64,000 nt of DNA from Fidelibacterota bacterium (GTDB lineage: Bacteria; Fidelibacterota; Marinisomatia; Marinisomatales; Marinisomataceae). The stretch lies in contig BOWX01000004.1 of the NCBI GenBank assembly GCA_019650355.1, positions 718-64,717 of the forward strand, read 5' to 3'. Shown here piece after piece: positions 53,403 to 63,899 of this stretch. Position numbers and translations under genes: made by a program. The notes beneath the pieces are model-generated. The model was given only the letters and a program-made list of their open reading frames with translations, ran no database searches and had not been told where the DNA came from. How positions within the stretch are numbered: position 1 is the first letter of the stretch; each line of letters opens with the position of its first letter.

Positions 53403-53982
53403 TAAAAAACTTGTTTTAGCATTCTTATTTATATTTATGCTTGGATCTTTTGGTTTCTTTGTCATAGATAAAGCCACCAAATCCAGAATTGATAATATTG
53501 GTATCATTGGACAGGTTCCATCATTTTCATTAACAAATTTTGACGGCTCTGTCATAACTGAAAAGCAGTTAGATAATAAAATATCTATCGTAAGTTTCAT
53601 TTTTACTCAATGTGAAGGCGCATGTCCTATAATGTCTGAAAACATGTCTATACTTCAGGAAAGATTTGCTTCCTCAAATGATATTCAGTTCCTATCCATT
53701 ACAACAGATCCAGATTATGATACATTAGAAGTGCTTGATGAGTATTCCTCCAATTATAGTAATAAAAATAATTGGTATTTCTTAAGAGGTAACATAATAG
53801 ATGTAATTGAACTATCTGAAAAAGGATTTTTCCTGTCAGCAGCTTTATTACCTGCTGGACACTCAACACGATTAGTATTAGTTGATAAGCAATTAAATAT
53901 TAGAAAATATTACGAAGGTACAATTGAATCTAATATATTTGAATTACAAAGCGATATCGTAACCTTGCTTAATCAAGGATAG
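53389..53982 (+). CDS. Second SCO family protein
   Basis: FTQCEGACP, DPDYD, HSTRLVLVD. Confidence 0.9.
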   Translation: MSSLNKKLVLAFLFIFMLGSFGFFVIDKATKSRIDNIGIIGQVPSFSLTNFDGSVITEKQLDNKISIVSFIFTQCEGACPIMSENMSILQERFASSNDIQFLSITTDPDYDTLEVLDEYSSNYSNKNNWYFLRGNIIDVIELSEKGFFLSAALLPAGHSTRLVLVDKQLNIRKYYEGTIESNIFELQSDIVTLLNQG

Positions 53983-53983
53983 T

Positions 53984-54835
53984 ATGTTTAAGAATCTTAT
54001 TGAGCTTACCAAAGTAAGAATTGGTTTTCTAGTACTCACAACAACAATAATAGGTTTTTATCTTGGCTCTCAAGGTAAAATTGATAATATGTTGCTTTTA
54101 TTTACAGTTATAGGAACATTATTTTCTTCAACAGGATCTTCTGTTATGAATAATGTAATAGAATCTGAATCAGACAAGCTGATGAAAAGAACAAAAAATA
54201 GAGTACTTCCAACAGAAAAAATATCATTGAATTTTGCAAAATTATTAGGCATTACTTTTATTATTGTAGGCTTATCAATTCTTTATTTTAAAGTAAATAT
54301 TTTGACATGCATTCTATCTTTTTCAACAATTATTTTATATTTATTCTTTTACACTCCTTTAAAAAGAAAATCTTGGCTAAATACATCAGTTGGAGCGATA
54401 CCTGGTGCAATACCACCGCTTGGAGGGTGGACTGCTGCAACAAATTCTATTGAGTGGGGTGGAATAGCAGTTTTTTTAATTTTATTTTTTTGGCAACATC
54501 CACATTTTTATTCAATTGCTTATATGTATAAAGAAGATTATAAAAATGCAGGACTACAAATGTTACCTGTGATTAATAATGGTATTAAAAGAACAGTACT
54601 TCATATTTTCTTACATGCACTGGTTTTAATTCCAATTTCCACATTACCATTTTTTTTAGGAGTTTCAGGAAGAGTATATTTTGTTGGCGCATATATTCTT
54701 AGTAACATTTACATGCTTTTATGTTTGCCTTTTATACTTGAGCAGAATAAGGAAAATGCTCGATTAATTTTCAAGACTTCTATCTACTATTTTCCACTAC
54801 TTCTATTTCTTATTGTTGCAGATCTAAGAGTCTAG
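53984..54835 (+). CDS. ctaB: Protoheme IX farnesyltransferase
   Basis: DKLMKRTKNR, YTPLKR, GAIPP, WQHPHF. Confidence 0.95.
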   Translation: MFKNLIELTKVRIGFLVLTTTIIGFYLGSQGKIDNMLLLFTVIGTLFSSTGSSVMNNVIESESDKLMKRTKNRVLPTEKISLNFAKLLGITFIIVGLSILYFKVNILTCILSFSTIILYLFFYTPLKRKSWLNTSVGAIPGAIPPLGGWTAATNSIEWGGIAVFLILFFWQHPHFYSIAYMYKEDYKNAGLQMLPVINNGIKRTVLHIFLHALVLIPISTLPFFLGVSGRVYFVGAYILSNIYMLLCLPFILEQNKENARLIFKTSIYYFPLLLFLIVADLRV

Positions 54836-55264
54836 TTTATTGACCCTTTTTTCATGTCTACCTTCTTCAAAATCAGTTGATAGCCAAAGATCGATTACTT
54901 TTTCAACTTCTTGATTATTTACAAATCTTGCTCCAATAGATAGTATATTTGCGTTATTATGTAAGCGAGATAGTTCAATAATTTCGATTGGACCATTATA
55001 ATATACTGCAGCTCTAATTCCTTTAATTCTATTTGCAGCTATGGCTTCTCCTTGTCCAGATCCACCAAAAATTATTCCTATCAATTTATGTTTTGAAATA
55101 TATTTTGCTGCAGGCAAAATAAAGTCAGGATAATCATCAAGCCCATCATATTCAAATGCACCAAAATCTTTTATATCATAACCTTTTTCAATGAGAAATG
55201 TTTTTACATGTTCTTTTAATTCAAAACCAGCATGATCTGTAGCAAGTACAATTGTTTTATTCAT
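54824..55264 (-). CDS. rpiB: Ribose-5-phosphate isomerase B
   Basis: DHAG, DYPD, GGSGQGE, HNNAN, GRH. Confidence 0.93.
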   Translation of the reverse strand: MNKTIVLATDHAGFELKEHVKTFLIEKGYDIKDFGAFEYDGLDDYPDFILPAAKYISKHKLIGIIFGGSGQGEAIAANRIKGIRAAVYYNGPIEIIELSRLHNNANILSIGARFVNNQEVEKVIDLWLSTDFEEGRHEKRVNKLDS

Positions 55265-57206
55265 TTAGATAATCCTCAATGAGTGTAGTGATTTTTTCTT
55301 TAACGAATCCTAAATGTTTTGCTACATCTTTTCCAGGAGCAGATGCACCAAATTCATTGATACCAATATTCAGACCATCAATACCTGTAAATTTTTGCCA
55401 TCCAGTAGTTATACCTGCTTCTAAAGATATTCTTTTTCTGCAATTACTACTCATAATAGAAGAGATGTATTTTTTATCTTGTTTTTCAAATAGTTCCCAG
55501 CATGGCAAATTAATTATTTGAATTTTTTTGTTGATTTCGTTGCATATTTCAACTGCTAAATGGGCTTCAGATCCAGAAGTAAATAGAATTGCATCTGGAT
55601 TATCTTCTTCATGTAAAATATATGCTCCTTTATTTACACCTTCTTCAATTTTATCTTCACTAATATTGAGTTTTGGTAATTTTTGTCTAGTAAGCAGGAT
55701 TGCACTAGGATTTTTTTGATTCTTCATAATTGTTTTAAAACAATAAAAAGTTTCTAACGCATCTGCAGGTCTAAATACAAGAAGGTTAGGAATATTTCTT
55801 AGAGACATTGTATGTTCAACTGGCTGATGGGTAGGACCATCTTCACCAACAAAAATTGAATCGTGAGTAAATTCATACATGACATGAAGTTTTTGAATTG
55901 CAGATAGTCTTATTGCCGATCTGACATAGTCACTAAAAACTAAAAATGTTCCGCCAAATGGAAAGTGGCATCCATATAGAGCAATTCCATTCATGATAGC
56001 TCCCATAGGAAATTCTCTAACTCCAAATGCTATATTCCTTCCTTTTGGATTGGATGATGAAAAGTCATCATATGAGCTAGCAAAGTTAGTTGTACAGTTT
56101 GATCCGTCTAAATCAGCTGAACCTCCGATAATATGCGGAAATTTTTCGGCAAATTCATCTAAAGATTTTCCAAATGCTTGCCTTGTTGCCATCAAATCAT
56201 TTCCAAAATCTGGTACTTTCAATGAATCAAACATTTGATCTTCATCATAATAATTTTTTTCGAATTCTTTATCAATTTCAGCTACTTTTTCATTTAATAG
56301 ACCAAAATTTCTTTGAAAATGATTAATAATATCTTCATTACAGTAGAATGAATCTTGAGGAATTTCAAGTTTTTCTTTGGTGAGTTTTATTTCATCTTCG
56401 CTAAATGGAGAACCGTGGGATTTAGGGCTATTTTCTAAACTATAACTACCTTTTGCAATCACGGTTTTTCCAATAATTATACTTGGTTTATCGTTTGATT
56501 GTGCATTTCTTAAAGCTGTTCTTATTTCTTCGTGGTTATGGCCATCAATTTCTTGAACATGCCATCCCATAGCGTCGTAAAGCATGGCATAGTCTGTTGA
56601 ATCAACTCTAGAAGTATTTCCAGCAATTTGAATATCATTTTTATCATAAAACATGATGAGATTTGATAACTTCCAATGACCAGCAAGAGTACTAGCGCCA
56701 AGTGCTATTGGTTCTTGCAAGTCTCCATCACCCGCTAAAATATATGTAAATCTTTTAAATGATGAATTAGATGAAGCTTTTTCTGCTAAAGCCATTCCAA
56801 TTCCCATTCCAACTCCTTGTCCAAGTGGTCCAGTACTTGCATCTATACCAGGAGTCTCTATTTCAGGATGACCAGGCGTCAAGCTCCCTAATTTTCTAAA
56901 ATTTTTGAGGTCATCCATTTTCAGGATACCACATAAATATAAAATAGAATAAATGAGCATACATGTATGACCAACTGATAATACTACTCTATCTCTATTC
57001 TCCCAATCAGGATTCTTGGGATCAATGGTTAAAAACTCAGAATACAAAATATAGGTAAAATCTGCTAAAGACATAGGACCACCTGGGTGTCCAGAATTAG
57101 CATTTCTAACTCCATCCATTACGAGCCCTTTGATAATATTTACTGTAAATAAATCTTTTTGATTATCATTTAAATTATTGAAATCTGTAATATGATTATT
57201 GCTCAT
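55257..57206 (-). CDS. tkt: Transketolase
   Basis: SGHPG, TGPLGQG, GDGD, FGVREF, THDSIFVGEDGPTHQP. Confidence 0.96.
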   Translation of the reverse strand: MSNNHITDFNNLNDNQKDLFTVNIIKGLVMDGVRNANSGHPGGPMSLADFTYILYSEFLTIDPKNPDWENRDRVVLSVGHTCMLIYSILYLCGILKMDDLKNFRKLGSLTPGHPEIETPGIDASTGPLGQGVGMGIGMALAEKASSNSSFKRFTYILAGDGDLQEPIALGASTLAGHWKLSNLIMFYDKNDIQIAGNTSRVDSTDYAMLYDAMGWHVQEIDGHNHEEIRTALRNAQSNDKPSIIIGKTVIAKGSYSLENSPKSHGSPFSEDEIKLTKEKLEIPQDSFYCNEDIINHFQRNFGLLNEKVAEIDKEFEKNYYDEDQMFDSLKVPDFGNDLMATRQAFGKSLDEFAEKFPHIIGGSADLDGSNCTTNFASSYDDFSSSNPKGRNIAFGVREFPMGAIMNGIALYGCHFPFGGTFLVFSDYVRSAIRLSAIQKLHVMYEFTHDSIFVGEDGPTHQPVEHTMSLRNIPNLLVFRPADALETFYCFKTIMKNQKNPSAILLTRQKLPKLNISEDKIEEGVNKGAYILHEEDNPDAILFTSGSEAHLAVEICNEINKKIQIINLPCWELFEKQDKKYISSIMSSNCRKRISLEAGITTGWQKFTGIDGLNIGINEFGASAPGKDVAKHLGFVKEKITTLIEDYLNE

Positions 57207-57886
57207 TTTGAATGCATTATATTAATTGTTTGAATAGGATTTTCAGATTGAAAAACTTCTGATCCAGCAACAAGAATATCACCTCCAGCTGCTATTACAT
57301 CTTTATAATTTTCAAGTTTAATACCTCCATCAACCTGAATCATAATTTTATCTCTAATTTTCTGCTCAATAAGATATTCATTTATTTCAGAAATTTTTTG
57401 AATTGTTGAAGGAATAAAGCTTTGTCCACCAAACCCAGGCTCAACTGACATAACAACTATGTAATCGATAAATTCTATATATTTTTTTAAAATTGAAAAT
57501 GGTGTTTTAGGCTTTATAGCAATCCCACATTTCAAACCATTTTTTTTGATCATATTGATTAAAATTTTAGGTGGGAACGTAAAGCGTGATTCAGTTGCTT
57601 CAATATGAAATGATATTCCGTCCGCTCCTGCATCAATAAAGGGTAGAAGCATATCAAAAGGATTGCTTACCATTAAATGTACATCAAAAAATAATTCAGA
57701 ATGTGGTCTTAAAGATTTTACTAGTCCAGGTCCAAAAGAAAGATTTGGCACAAATTGTTGATCCATGATATCTAAATGAAGCCATTCAGCTTTTGAGTCA
57801 TTACAAAATTTAATTTCTTTTTGAAGATTTGAAAAATCAGCACCTAATACTGACGGAGCAATTATAGGATTTTTTGCATTAGACAT
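57203..57886 (-). CDS. rpe: Ribulose-phosphate 3-epimerase
   Basis: HLDIMD, DVHLM, MSVEPGFGGQ, VDGG; likely ATG at 57886. Confidence 0.95.
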   Translation of the reverse strand: MSNAKNPIIAPSVLGADFSNLQKEIKFCNDSKAEWLHLDIMDQQFVPNLSFGPGLVKSLRPHSELFFDVHLMVSNPFDMLLPFIDAGADGISFHIEATESRFTFPPKILINMIKKNGLKCGIAIKPKTPFSILKKYIEFIDYIVVMSVEPGFGGQSFIPSTIQKISEINEYLIEQKIRDKIMIQVDGGIKLENYKDVIAAGGDILVAGSEVFQSENPIQTINIMHSK

Positions 57887-57932
57887 GATACTTAAAGCTA
57901 CATAAAAAAATTTTCTAATAGCAAAGGAATTG

Positions 57933-57946
57933 TTGATATATATCAA
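57933..57946. promoter_or_regulatory. FNR-consensus palindrome overlapping a -35 element
   Basis: TTGAT-ATAT-ATCAA; TTGATA-17 nt-TATCTT promoter toward tetR. Confidence 0.5.
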
Positions 57947-57963
57947 TGTTTTTTATATCTTAG

Positions 57964-57977
57964 ACCGACTAGTCGGT
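57964..57977. promoter_or_regulatory. TetR-type operator palindrome
   Basis: Perfect 14-bp ACCGACTAGTCGGT ending 2 nt before the tetR ATG. Confidence 0.75.
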
Positions 57978-57979
57978 TT

Positions 57980-58590
57980 ATGGATAAAAATTCTCAAACA
58001 GATAAAAGAAGTAATATTTTAATGGCTGCTGTTAAAGTTTTGACTCAAAAGGTTATTACAGTAGTACAATGGATGATATTGTAGCAGAATCAAAAATGAG
58101 TAAAGGTGCAATTTATCATTATTACTCAAGTAAAAAAGACGTATATCTTGCAGTAATCGATATGTGGGAAAATCAAACCCAAGAATTGCTTGCACCAGCT
58201 GGAGATGAAGATTCCAGTGCAAAAGCAATAAAAAAACTTTTCAACCTTTTAGCTAAACAGCTCAAGATTGATGGAAGTTTTTTTAATTGCCTTCCAACAT
58301 TGTGGGCAATTGCAAGACATGATGATGATTTTAGAAAGAAGATGCAGAAAGTTTATAATCGTTTTCAAAGATTTATTGAATTAATAATTTTAAGAGGCAT
58401 AGAAAGCAAAGAGTTTGTCAATTTGAAGCCTGATAATGCTAAAACTCCAGCTTTATCATTAATACTTAATTTTGAAGGTATTTTTTGGTTTAATATCTTT
58501 AATTCAAAGTATGTTGACGCTGAGAAATATATGGAAGAAGTTTCAAGCTCAATTTTATATGTCTATACTCAAAGAAAAGGGGAAAAATAA
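57980..58590 (+). CDS. TetR/AcrR family regulator (frameshift ~58045)
   Basis: ILMAAVKV...TMDDIVAESKMSKGAIYHYYSSK HTH. Confidence 0.9.
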
Positions 58591-60404
58591 TGTCAAAAGA
58601 ACAATCAGTCGATTTTAGTAAAATTAAAACTGGAGGCACATTTCTAACTAATGTTGTCGGATCTGAAAAAGTGTTTTGTAAAGAACTATTTTCTGATGAA
58701 GAAAAAATGATTTATGAAGCAATGCGCGATTTCGCAACAAATGAACTTTTACCATTATCACAAAATGAATTAAACAAGAAAGATGAAAAATTAATCAGAA
58801 AGCTTGTAGAGCAAATGGGTGAATTAGGATTTTTAGGAATTGATGTTCCTGAAAAATATGGTGGATCAGAAATGACAAAAACTGGAATGTGTATTTTAGC
58901 TGAAGGTATTTCATTTTGTGGTAGCCCATCTTTTTGTACTGTTTGGAATGTTCAAACTTCAATTGGTTCTTTAGGTATTATTTGGTATGGTAATGATGAG
59001 CAAAAGCAAAAATGGTTGCCAGGTATTTGTTCTGGAGAAAAAATTGCAGCATTTGGTTTAACTGAGCCTGAAGCAGGTTCTGATGCTACAAATTCTAAAA
59101 CCACAGGTGTTCTTTCTGAAGATGGCAAACACTACATTTTAAATGGTCAAAAAATCTTCATTTCAAACGGTGCATGGGCTGATACTTTTATAGTAGCATT
59201 GAAAATTGATGGAAAGTTTTCTTCAATAGTCGTTGAAAAAGGTACACCTGGATTTGAAATTGGAAAAGAAGAAAAGAAGATGGGTATGGAAGGATCTTCA
59301 ACTGTTCCATTGTACTTTACAGATTGTAAAGTTCCTGTAGAGAATTTGCTTGGCAACGTTGGTGATGGTGCCGGTCCTGCATTTTGTGGATTAAATATTG
59401 GTCGATTTAAGCTAGGTGCTTCTGCAATTGGAGGAATGATTTTAGGTATGGAGCGTGCAGTTGAGTATGCCAAGGAGAGAAAAGCTTTTGGACAATATAT
59501 TTCTGATTTTGGATCTATTCAGGAAAAGTTGGCTTCTGCGGCTATCCTTACTTATACATTAGATAGTACTTGTTATTCCGTTATTGGTAAACAGACAGAA
59601 GCTATCAATGAATTAGATAAGGATGATCCTAAATACTATATTAAGCAGGGTAATACTACTGAAAAATATATTGCTGAAAATTCTATTGTAAAAGTTTATG
59701 GAAGCGAGTCTGCAGAACAATTAATTGATCATTGTTTCCAGATTTTTGGTGGATATGGTTTTATTGAAGAATATCCAATGGCTCAAGCTTATAGAGATAA
59801 TAGAATCAATAAGATTTGGGAAGGAACAAATGAGATTAATAAAATGCTTTGTGGAAGAGCAATGATTACAAAAGCTCTCAGCGGAGAGATTGGATTTAAA
59901 GAATACTTAGAAAAAGTTGATAGCTATTGTAAGGATGGCCTTGATAGTGGTTATGAGGGAGATTATAAGGATGAAGTGGAGTGTATTGAAGCTGCCAAAG
60001 CGCTTTATGCTATTTGTCTTAATGAGTCTTTAAGTAAGCATGGTCAAGATATAGGAACTGAGCAAGTAATTATTGAGAATCTTGCTAATATTCTTATTTA
60101 TTGCTATGTAGCTGATTCAACTTTATCAAGAGTTATGCAGCACAAAGATTTTTATGAAACTAAAAATCAAATTGTGCCTGAACTATGTGCTAAAGTTTAT
60201 ACTGCTGAGCAAGGAATTAGGGTTATGGAGTACACTTATAAAATATTAAATAACATTTATAATGGTGATATTCCAGCTGATTTAAATGCAAAGCTTGATG
60301 TTTTGAAAGAAAGACTTTCTTTATCAACCGATACAATTGGTTTGAAGAAAATAATTGGAGAAAAAGTTGTTGAATCTGGCGGATATCCAGTTCAAAGCTT
60401 TTAA
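58590..60404 (+). CDS. fadE: Acyl-CoA dehydrogenase (FadE/VLCAD-like)
   Basis: FGLTEPEAGSD, NGQKIFIS, EKKMG, QIFGGYGF, IWEGTNEI. Confidence 0.93.
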   Translation: MSKEQSVDFSKIKTGGTFLTNVVGSEKVFCKELFSDEEKMIYEAMRDFATNELLPLSQNELNKKDEKLIRKLVEQMGELGFLGIDVPEKYGGSEMTKTGMCILAEGISFCGSPSFCTVWNVQTSIGSLGIIWYGNDEQKQKWLPGICSGEKIAAFGLTEPEAGSDATNSKTTGVLSEDGKHYILNGQKIFISNGAWADTFIVALKIDGKFSSIVVEKGTPGFEIGKEEKKMGMEGSSTVPLYFTDCKVPVENLLGNVGDGAGPAFCGLNIGRFKLGASAIGGMILGMERAVEYAKERKAFGQYISDFGSIQEKLASAAILTYTLDSTCYSVIGKQTEAINELDKDDPKYYIKQGNTTEKYIAENSIVKVYGSESAEQLIDHCFQIFGGYGFIEEYPMAQAYRDNRINKIWEGTNEINKMLCGRAMITKALSGEIGFKEYLEKVDSYCKDGLDSGYEGDYKDEVECIEAAKALYAICLNESLSKHGQDIGTEQVIIENLANILIYCYVADSTLSRVMQHKDFYETKNQIVPELCAKVYTAEQGIRVMEYTYKILNNIYNGDIPADLNAKLDVLKERLSLSTDTIGLKKIIGEKVVESGGYPVQSF

Positions 60405-60413
60405 GGAGGAAAA

Positions 60414-61546
60414 ATGAGTAATAAAGCTGTAATTATTGATGGAGTTAGATCTCCAATAGGTACAAAAGGCAGCCCAATGATTGGAATGAGATCAGATGAA
60501 ATTGCTGGGCAAGTAATCAAAGGTTTATTAGATAGAAATAAAGAGTTAGATGTTAATTTAATCGAAGATGTTTCATTAGGATGCGCATTTCCAGAGGGGC
60601 CAACAGGAATGTTAGTTGCTAGAGGAGCATCTATTTTAGCAGGAATACCTGAAACCGCTGCTGCTAATGTTATTAATCGTTACTGTGGATCAGCCATGAC
60701 ATCACTTCATATGATTAGTTCAGCTATTGAGGCTGGCGATATTGAAGTAGGTATTGCTGGTGGAGTTGAAGATATGTTTACCATTCCACAGGGAGGTTTT
60801 GCTCCTGACTTTAATGTGAAGTTAGCTGAAGAAGACTATTATATTTCAATGGGAGAAGGCGCTGAATTACTTGCTGACGAATTAGATATCTCAAGAGAAG
60901 AGCAAGAAGAATTTTCTTTTTCATCTCATGATAAAGCTGTAGCTGCACGCGATGCAGGTAAATTTGACAATGAGATTGTTCCAATCACTCTTGAAGATGG
61001 AACAGTTATTGATAAAGATAGCGGTCCAAGAACTCCTGATAAAGAAAAAATTAAATCTTTAAATCCAGCTTTTAGAGCTGATGGAACTGTTACTGCTGCT
61101 ACTAGTAGTCCTTTTCAATTGGAGCTTCAGCAATGCTAATTACAAGTGAAAAATTTGCGAATGAAAATGGATTAAAAATCAGAGCAACAATCGAAGGAAG
61201 AGCTGTAGCTGGAGTACATTGGAAAATGTTTGGTTCTGGTCCTGTTCCAGCTACTGAAAAAGCTCTAGAAAAAACTGGTTTTTCAATTGATGATATTGAT
61301 GCAGTTGAATTAAATGAAGCATTTGCAGCTCAAGCTTTATATTGTATAAAGAAAGCAAATTGGGATCCAAATAAGGTTAATTTAAATGGAGGCGCTGTTG
61401 CTTTAGGCCATCCTCTTGGTATTTCAGGTACAAGAATTATTACTACTTTATTAAATGTTCTGGAACAACAAGATAAATCAATGGGCCTAGCTACAATGTG
61501 TGTTGGTACTGGTCAAGGTATTACTACAATTATAAAAAGGGGATAG
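60414..61546 (+). CDS. fadA: Acetyl-CoA acyltransferase/thiolase (frameshift ~61115)
   Basis: NRYCGS, NEAFA, GHPLG, CVGTG. Confidence 0.93.
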
Positions 61547-61547
61547 A

Positions 61548-63899
61548 ATGAGTATTGAAATCAAAAAATGTGCTGTTTTAGGTGCTGGAGTAATGGGAGC
61601 ACAGATAGCAGGACATATTGCTAATGCTGGAATTCCGTCATTATTGTTTGATGTTAATAATGATCTTGCAAAAAAAGGTATTGAAGGGTTAACAAAGCTA
61701 AAACCTGCACCACTTTTTTCAAGCAAAAATACTTCATTAATTACCCCATGTACCTATGACAATGATTTAGAAAAATTAAAGGATTGTGATTTAATAATTG
61801 AAGCTGTTGCCGAAAAGATTGAAATCAAGCATACAGTATATAAAAATTTATTACCTCATCTTAAGGAAAATGCAATTTTAGCTTCCAATACTTCTGGAAT
61901 TCCTTTAGCCAATTTAGTTGAAGTTTTACCTGATGAAGTACAATCTAGATTTTTAATATCACATTTTTTCAATCCTCCAAGATACTTGAGATTGCTTGAA
62001 TTAGTTAAGGGTCCTAAAACATCCGATGACGTTTATAATGTAGTTTCTGAATTTGGGGAAGTTACGTTAGGTAAAGGCGTTGTACATGCAAAAGATACAC
62101 CTGGCTTTATTGGAAACAGATTAATTAATGCGAGTGGGCCATTAACCTTTCAAAAAGCAATGGATTATGGTCTGACTGTTGAAGATGTTGACTCTCTAGC
62201 TGGCACTTTAATTGGAAATGCAAAAAGTGCATATTTTAGAACCCAAGATGTTGTTGGTTTAGACACTGCTCTCAATGTAATGAATAATATGTTTGAAAGA
62301 GTTACAACAGAAAGTGAAGAGGAGAGACAAAAATTTAAAGCACCAGAGCTCTTAGTTAAACTTGTTGAGGATGGAAGATTGGGTCAAAAATCTGGTGCAG
62401 GGTGGTATAAAAAAGAAGGTAAAGAAATTTTATCTCTCGATTTTGATACAATGGAGTATTCACCAACTAAAAAAAGATTTTTTGATACCATTAGAGTTGG
62501 AAAGCCGATAAAAGATTTAAAGAAAAGACTTGCTGCAATAACATATTTGGATGATGTTGGAGCAAAGTTTTTATGGGATATTAATGCACCCATGTTTACT
62601 TATTCTGCTGAATTAATTCCCGAAATTGCGGATAGTATTATTGAAATTGATAATGCTATGAAATGGGGATTTGCAAGAGATATAGGAATTTTTGATGCAT
62701 GGGACGCTATTGGAGTTGAAAAATCTGTTAACAAAATGAAGGAAGAAAATAGAAAAGTCCCATCATGGGTTGAAGAGATGTTAGCTTCTGGAAGAAAGTC
62801 ATTTTATGAAATTATCGATGGAAAACTTACTTATTATTGTCCTGTAAAGAAAAAGGTATTGACTCACAAAGATAACGATAAAACACTAAACTTAAATTTA
62901 TACAAGAATTCCAAGACAATGCTCAAAAGAGATTGGAGTGCTAGTATACATGATTTAGGAGATGGAGTACTAAATGTTGAATTTCATTCTATATTTGTTC
63001 CAGCTTTTAATCCTATCGATAGATCTATGGTTGGTGTTGTGAAGGATGCTTTAGATTTACTTGATTCTGGAAAATACAAAGGTCTTGTTATTGGTCACCA
63101 AGGAAAAAATTGGAGTGCTGGAGCTAATGTTAATGATTTTAAAATGGCTATTGACTCTGGTAATCTACAAGTAATGGATGCTGGCGTCAAAGAGATGCAA
63201 GATGTCACTCAAAGAATCAGACATTCTAAATATCCAGTAGTTTCCTGTCCATTTAATTTGGCATTGGGCGGTGGTTTTGAATTTTATGCATGTTCTACTC
63301 ATACAGTTGCAGCTGGTGAACTATATGCCGGATTAGTGGAAGCTATTCAAGGCTTAATACCTGGTGCAGGTGGTCATTTAAGAGTCATACTTAATCTATT
63401 AGAAAATAATGATGCCAAAAATTTTAATATGAATATTGGTAGACAGGCTATTGGGTTGGTAAATCCGCTCACTGTATCTAGAAGTGCAACAGATGCCCTT
63501 AAAAAAGGATGGTTACGAAAATCAGATACTATATGCATGAATTCAGAGCATTTACTTGCAACTGCTAAACATAAAGTTCTTGAACTTTCAGAAGCTGGAT
63601 ACAAACCTCCAAAATACAGAGAAGATTTATCTTTGCCTGGAATGACTTTGAGAACAATGGCATCAGTTGGTCTTAAAGCAATGAAAGCACAAGGAAAAAT
63701 ATCTGATCACGATGAACTTGTAGCTTCTAAAACAGCTTTTGTTCTAAGTGGTGGAGATAAAGGTGGATTAATGTCGAAAGTAGATGAGCAGTATGTTTTA
63801 GATATTGAAAGAGAAGCCTTTATGTCTTTAGCTGGAGAAGAAAAAACTCAGCAAAGAATAGCACACTTCCTTAAAACAGGTAAACCTTTAAGAAATTAA
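61548..63899 (+). CDS. fadN: 3-hydroxyacyl-CoA dehydrogenase/enoyl-CoA hydratase
   Basis: GAGVMG, SNTSG, HFFNPPRY, ALGGGFE, GLVE, GKPLRN. Confidence 0.93.
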   Translation: MSIEIKKCAVLGAGVMGAQIAGHIANAGIPSLLFDVNNDLAKKGIEGLTKLKPAPLFSSKNTSLITPCTYDNDLEKLKDCDLIIEAVAEKIEIKHTVYKNLLPHLKENAILASNTSGIPLANLVEVLPDEVQSRFLISHFFNPPRYLRLLELVKGPKTSDDVYNVVSEFGEVTLGKGVVHAKDTPGFIGNRLINASGPLTFQKAMDYGLTVEDVDSLAGTLIGNAKSAYFRTQDVVGLDTALNVMNNMFERVTTESEEERQKFKAPELLVKLVEDGRLGQKSGAGWYKKEGKEILSLDFDTMEYSPTKKRFFDTIRVGKPIKDLKKRLAAITYLDDVGAKFLWDINAPMFTYSAELIPEIADSIIEIDNAMKWGFARDIGIFDAWDAIGVEKSVNKMKEENRKVPSWVEEMLASGRKSFYEIIDGKLTYYCPVKKKVLTHKDNDKTLNLNLYKNSKTMLKRDWSASIHDLGDGVLNVEFHSIFVPAFNPIDRSMVGVVKDALDLLDSGKYKGLVIGHQGKNWSAGANVNDFKMAIDSGNLQVMDAGVKEMQDVTQRIRHSKYPVVSCPFNLALGGGFEFYACSTHTVAAGELYAGLVEAIQGLIPGAGGHLRVILNLLENNDAKNFNMNIGRQAIGLVNPLTVSRSATDALKKGWLRKSDTICMNSEHLLATAKHKVLELSEAGYKPPKYREDLSLPGMTLRTMASVGLKAMKAQGKISDHDELVASKTAFVLSGGDKGGLMSKVDEQYVLDIEREAFMSLAGEEKTQQRIAHFLKTGKPLRN

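Noticed and set aside
31284-57886. glpX, aldolase, tkt, rpe, rpiB as a Calvin cycle
   Set aside because: No RuBisCO or phosphoribulokinase in the window; consistent with gluconeogenesis and the non-oxidative PPP
299-61546. Numerous split genes (esterase, GTs, queE, queF, actB, actF, coxB, coxA, tetR, fadA) as pseudogenes or programmed frameshifts
   Set aside because: Single-base indels, often at short homopolymers, are scattered through otherwise well-conserved core genes; this pattern is typical of unpolished long-read error
1884-63604. Short antisense ORFs inside long genes (e.g. 1884..2180, 9415..9642, 59147..59473)
   Set aside because: Shadow frames of well-supported CDSs, with no recognisable motifs
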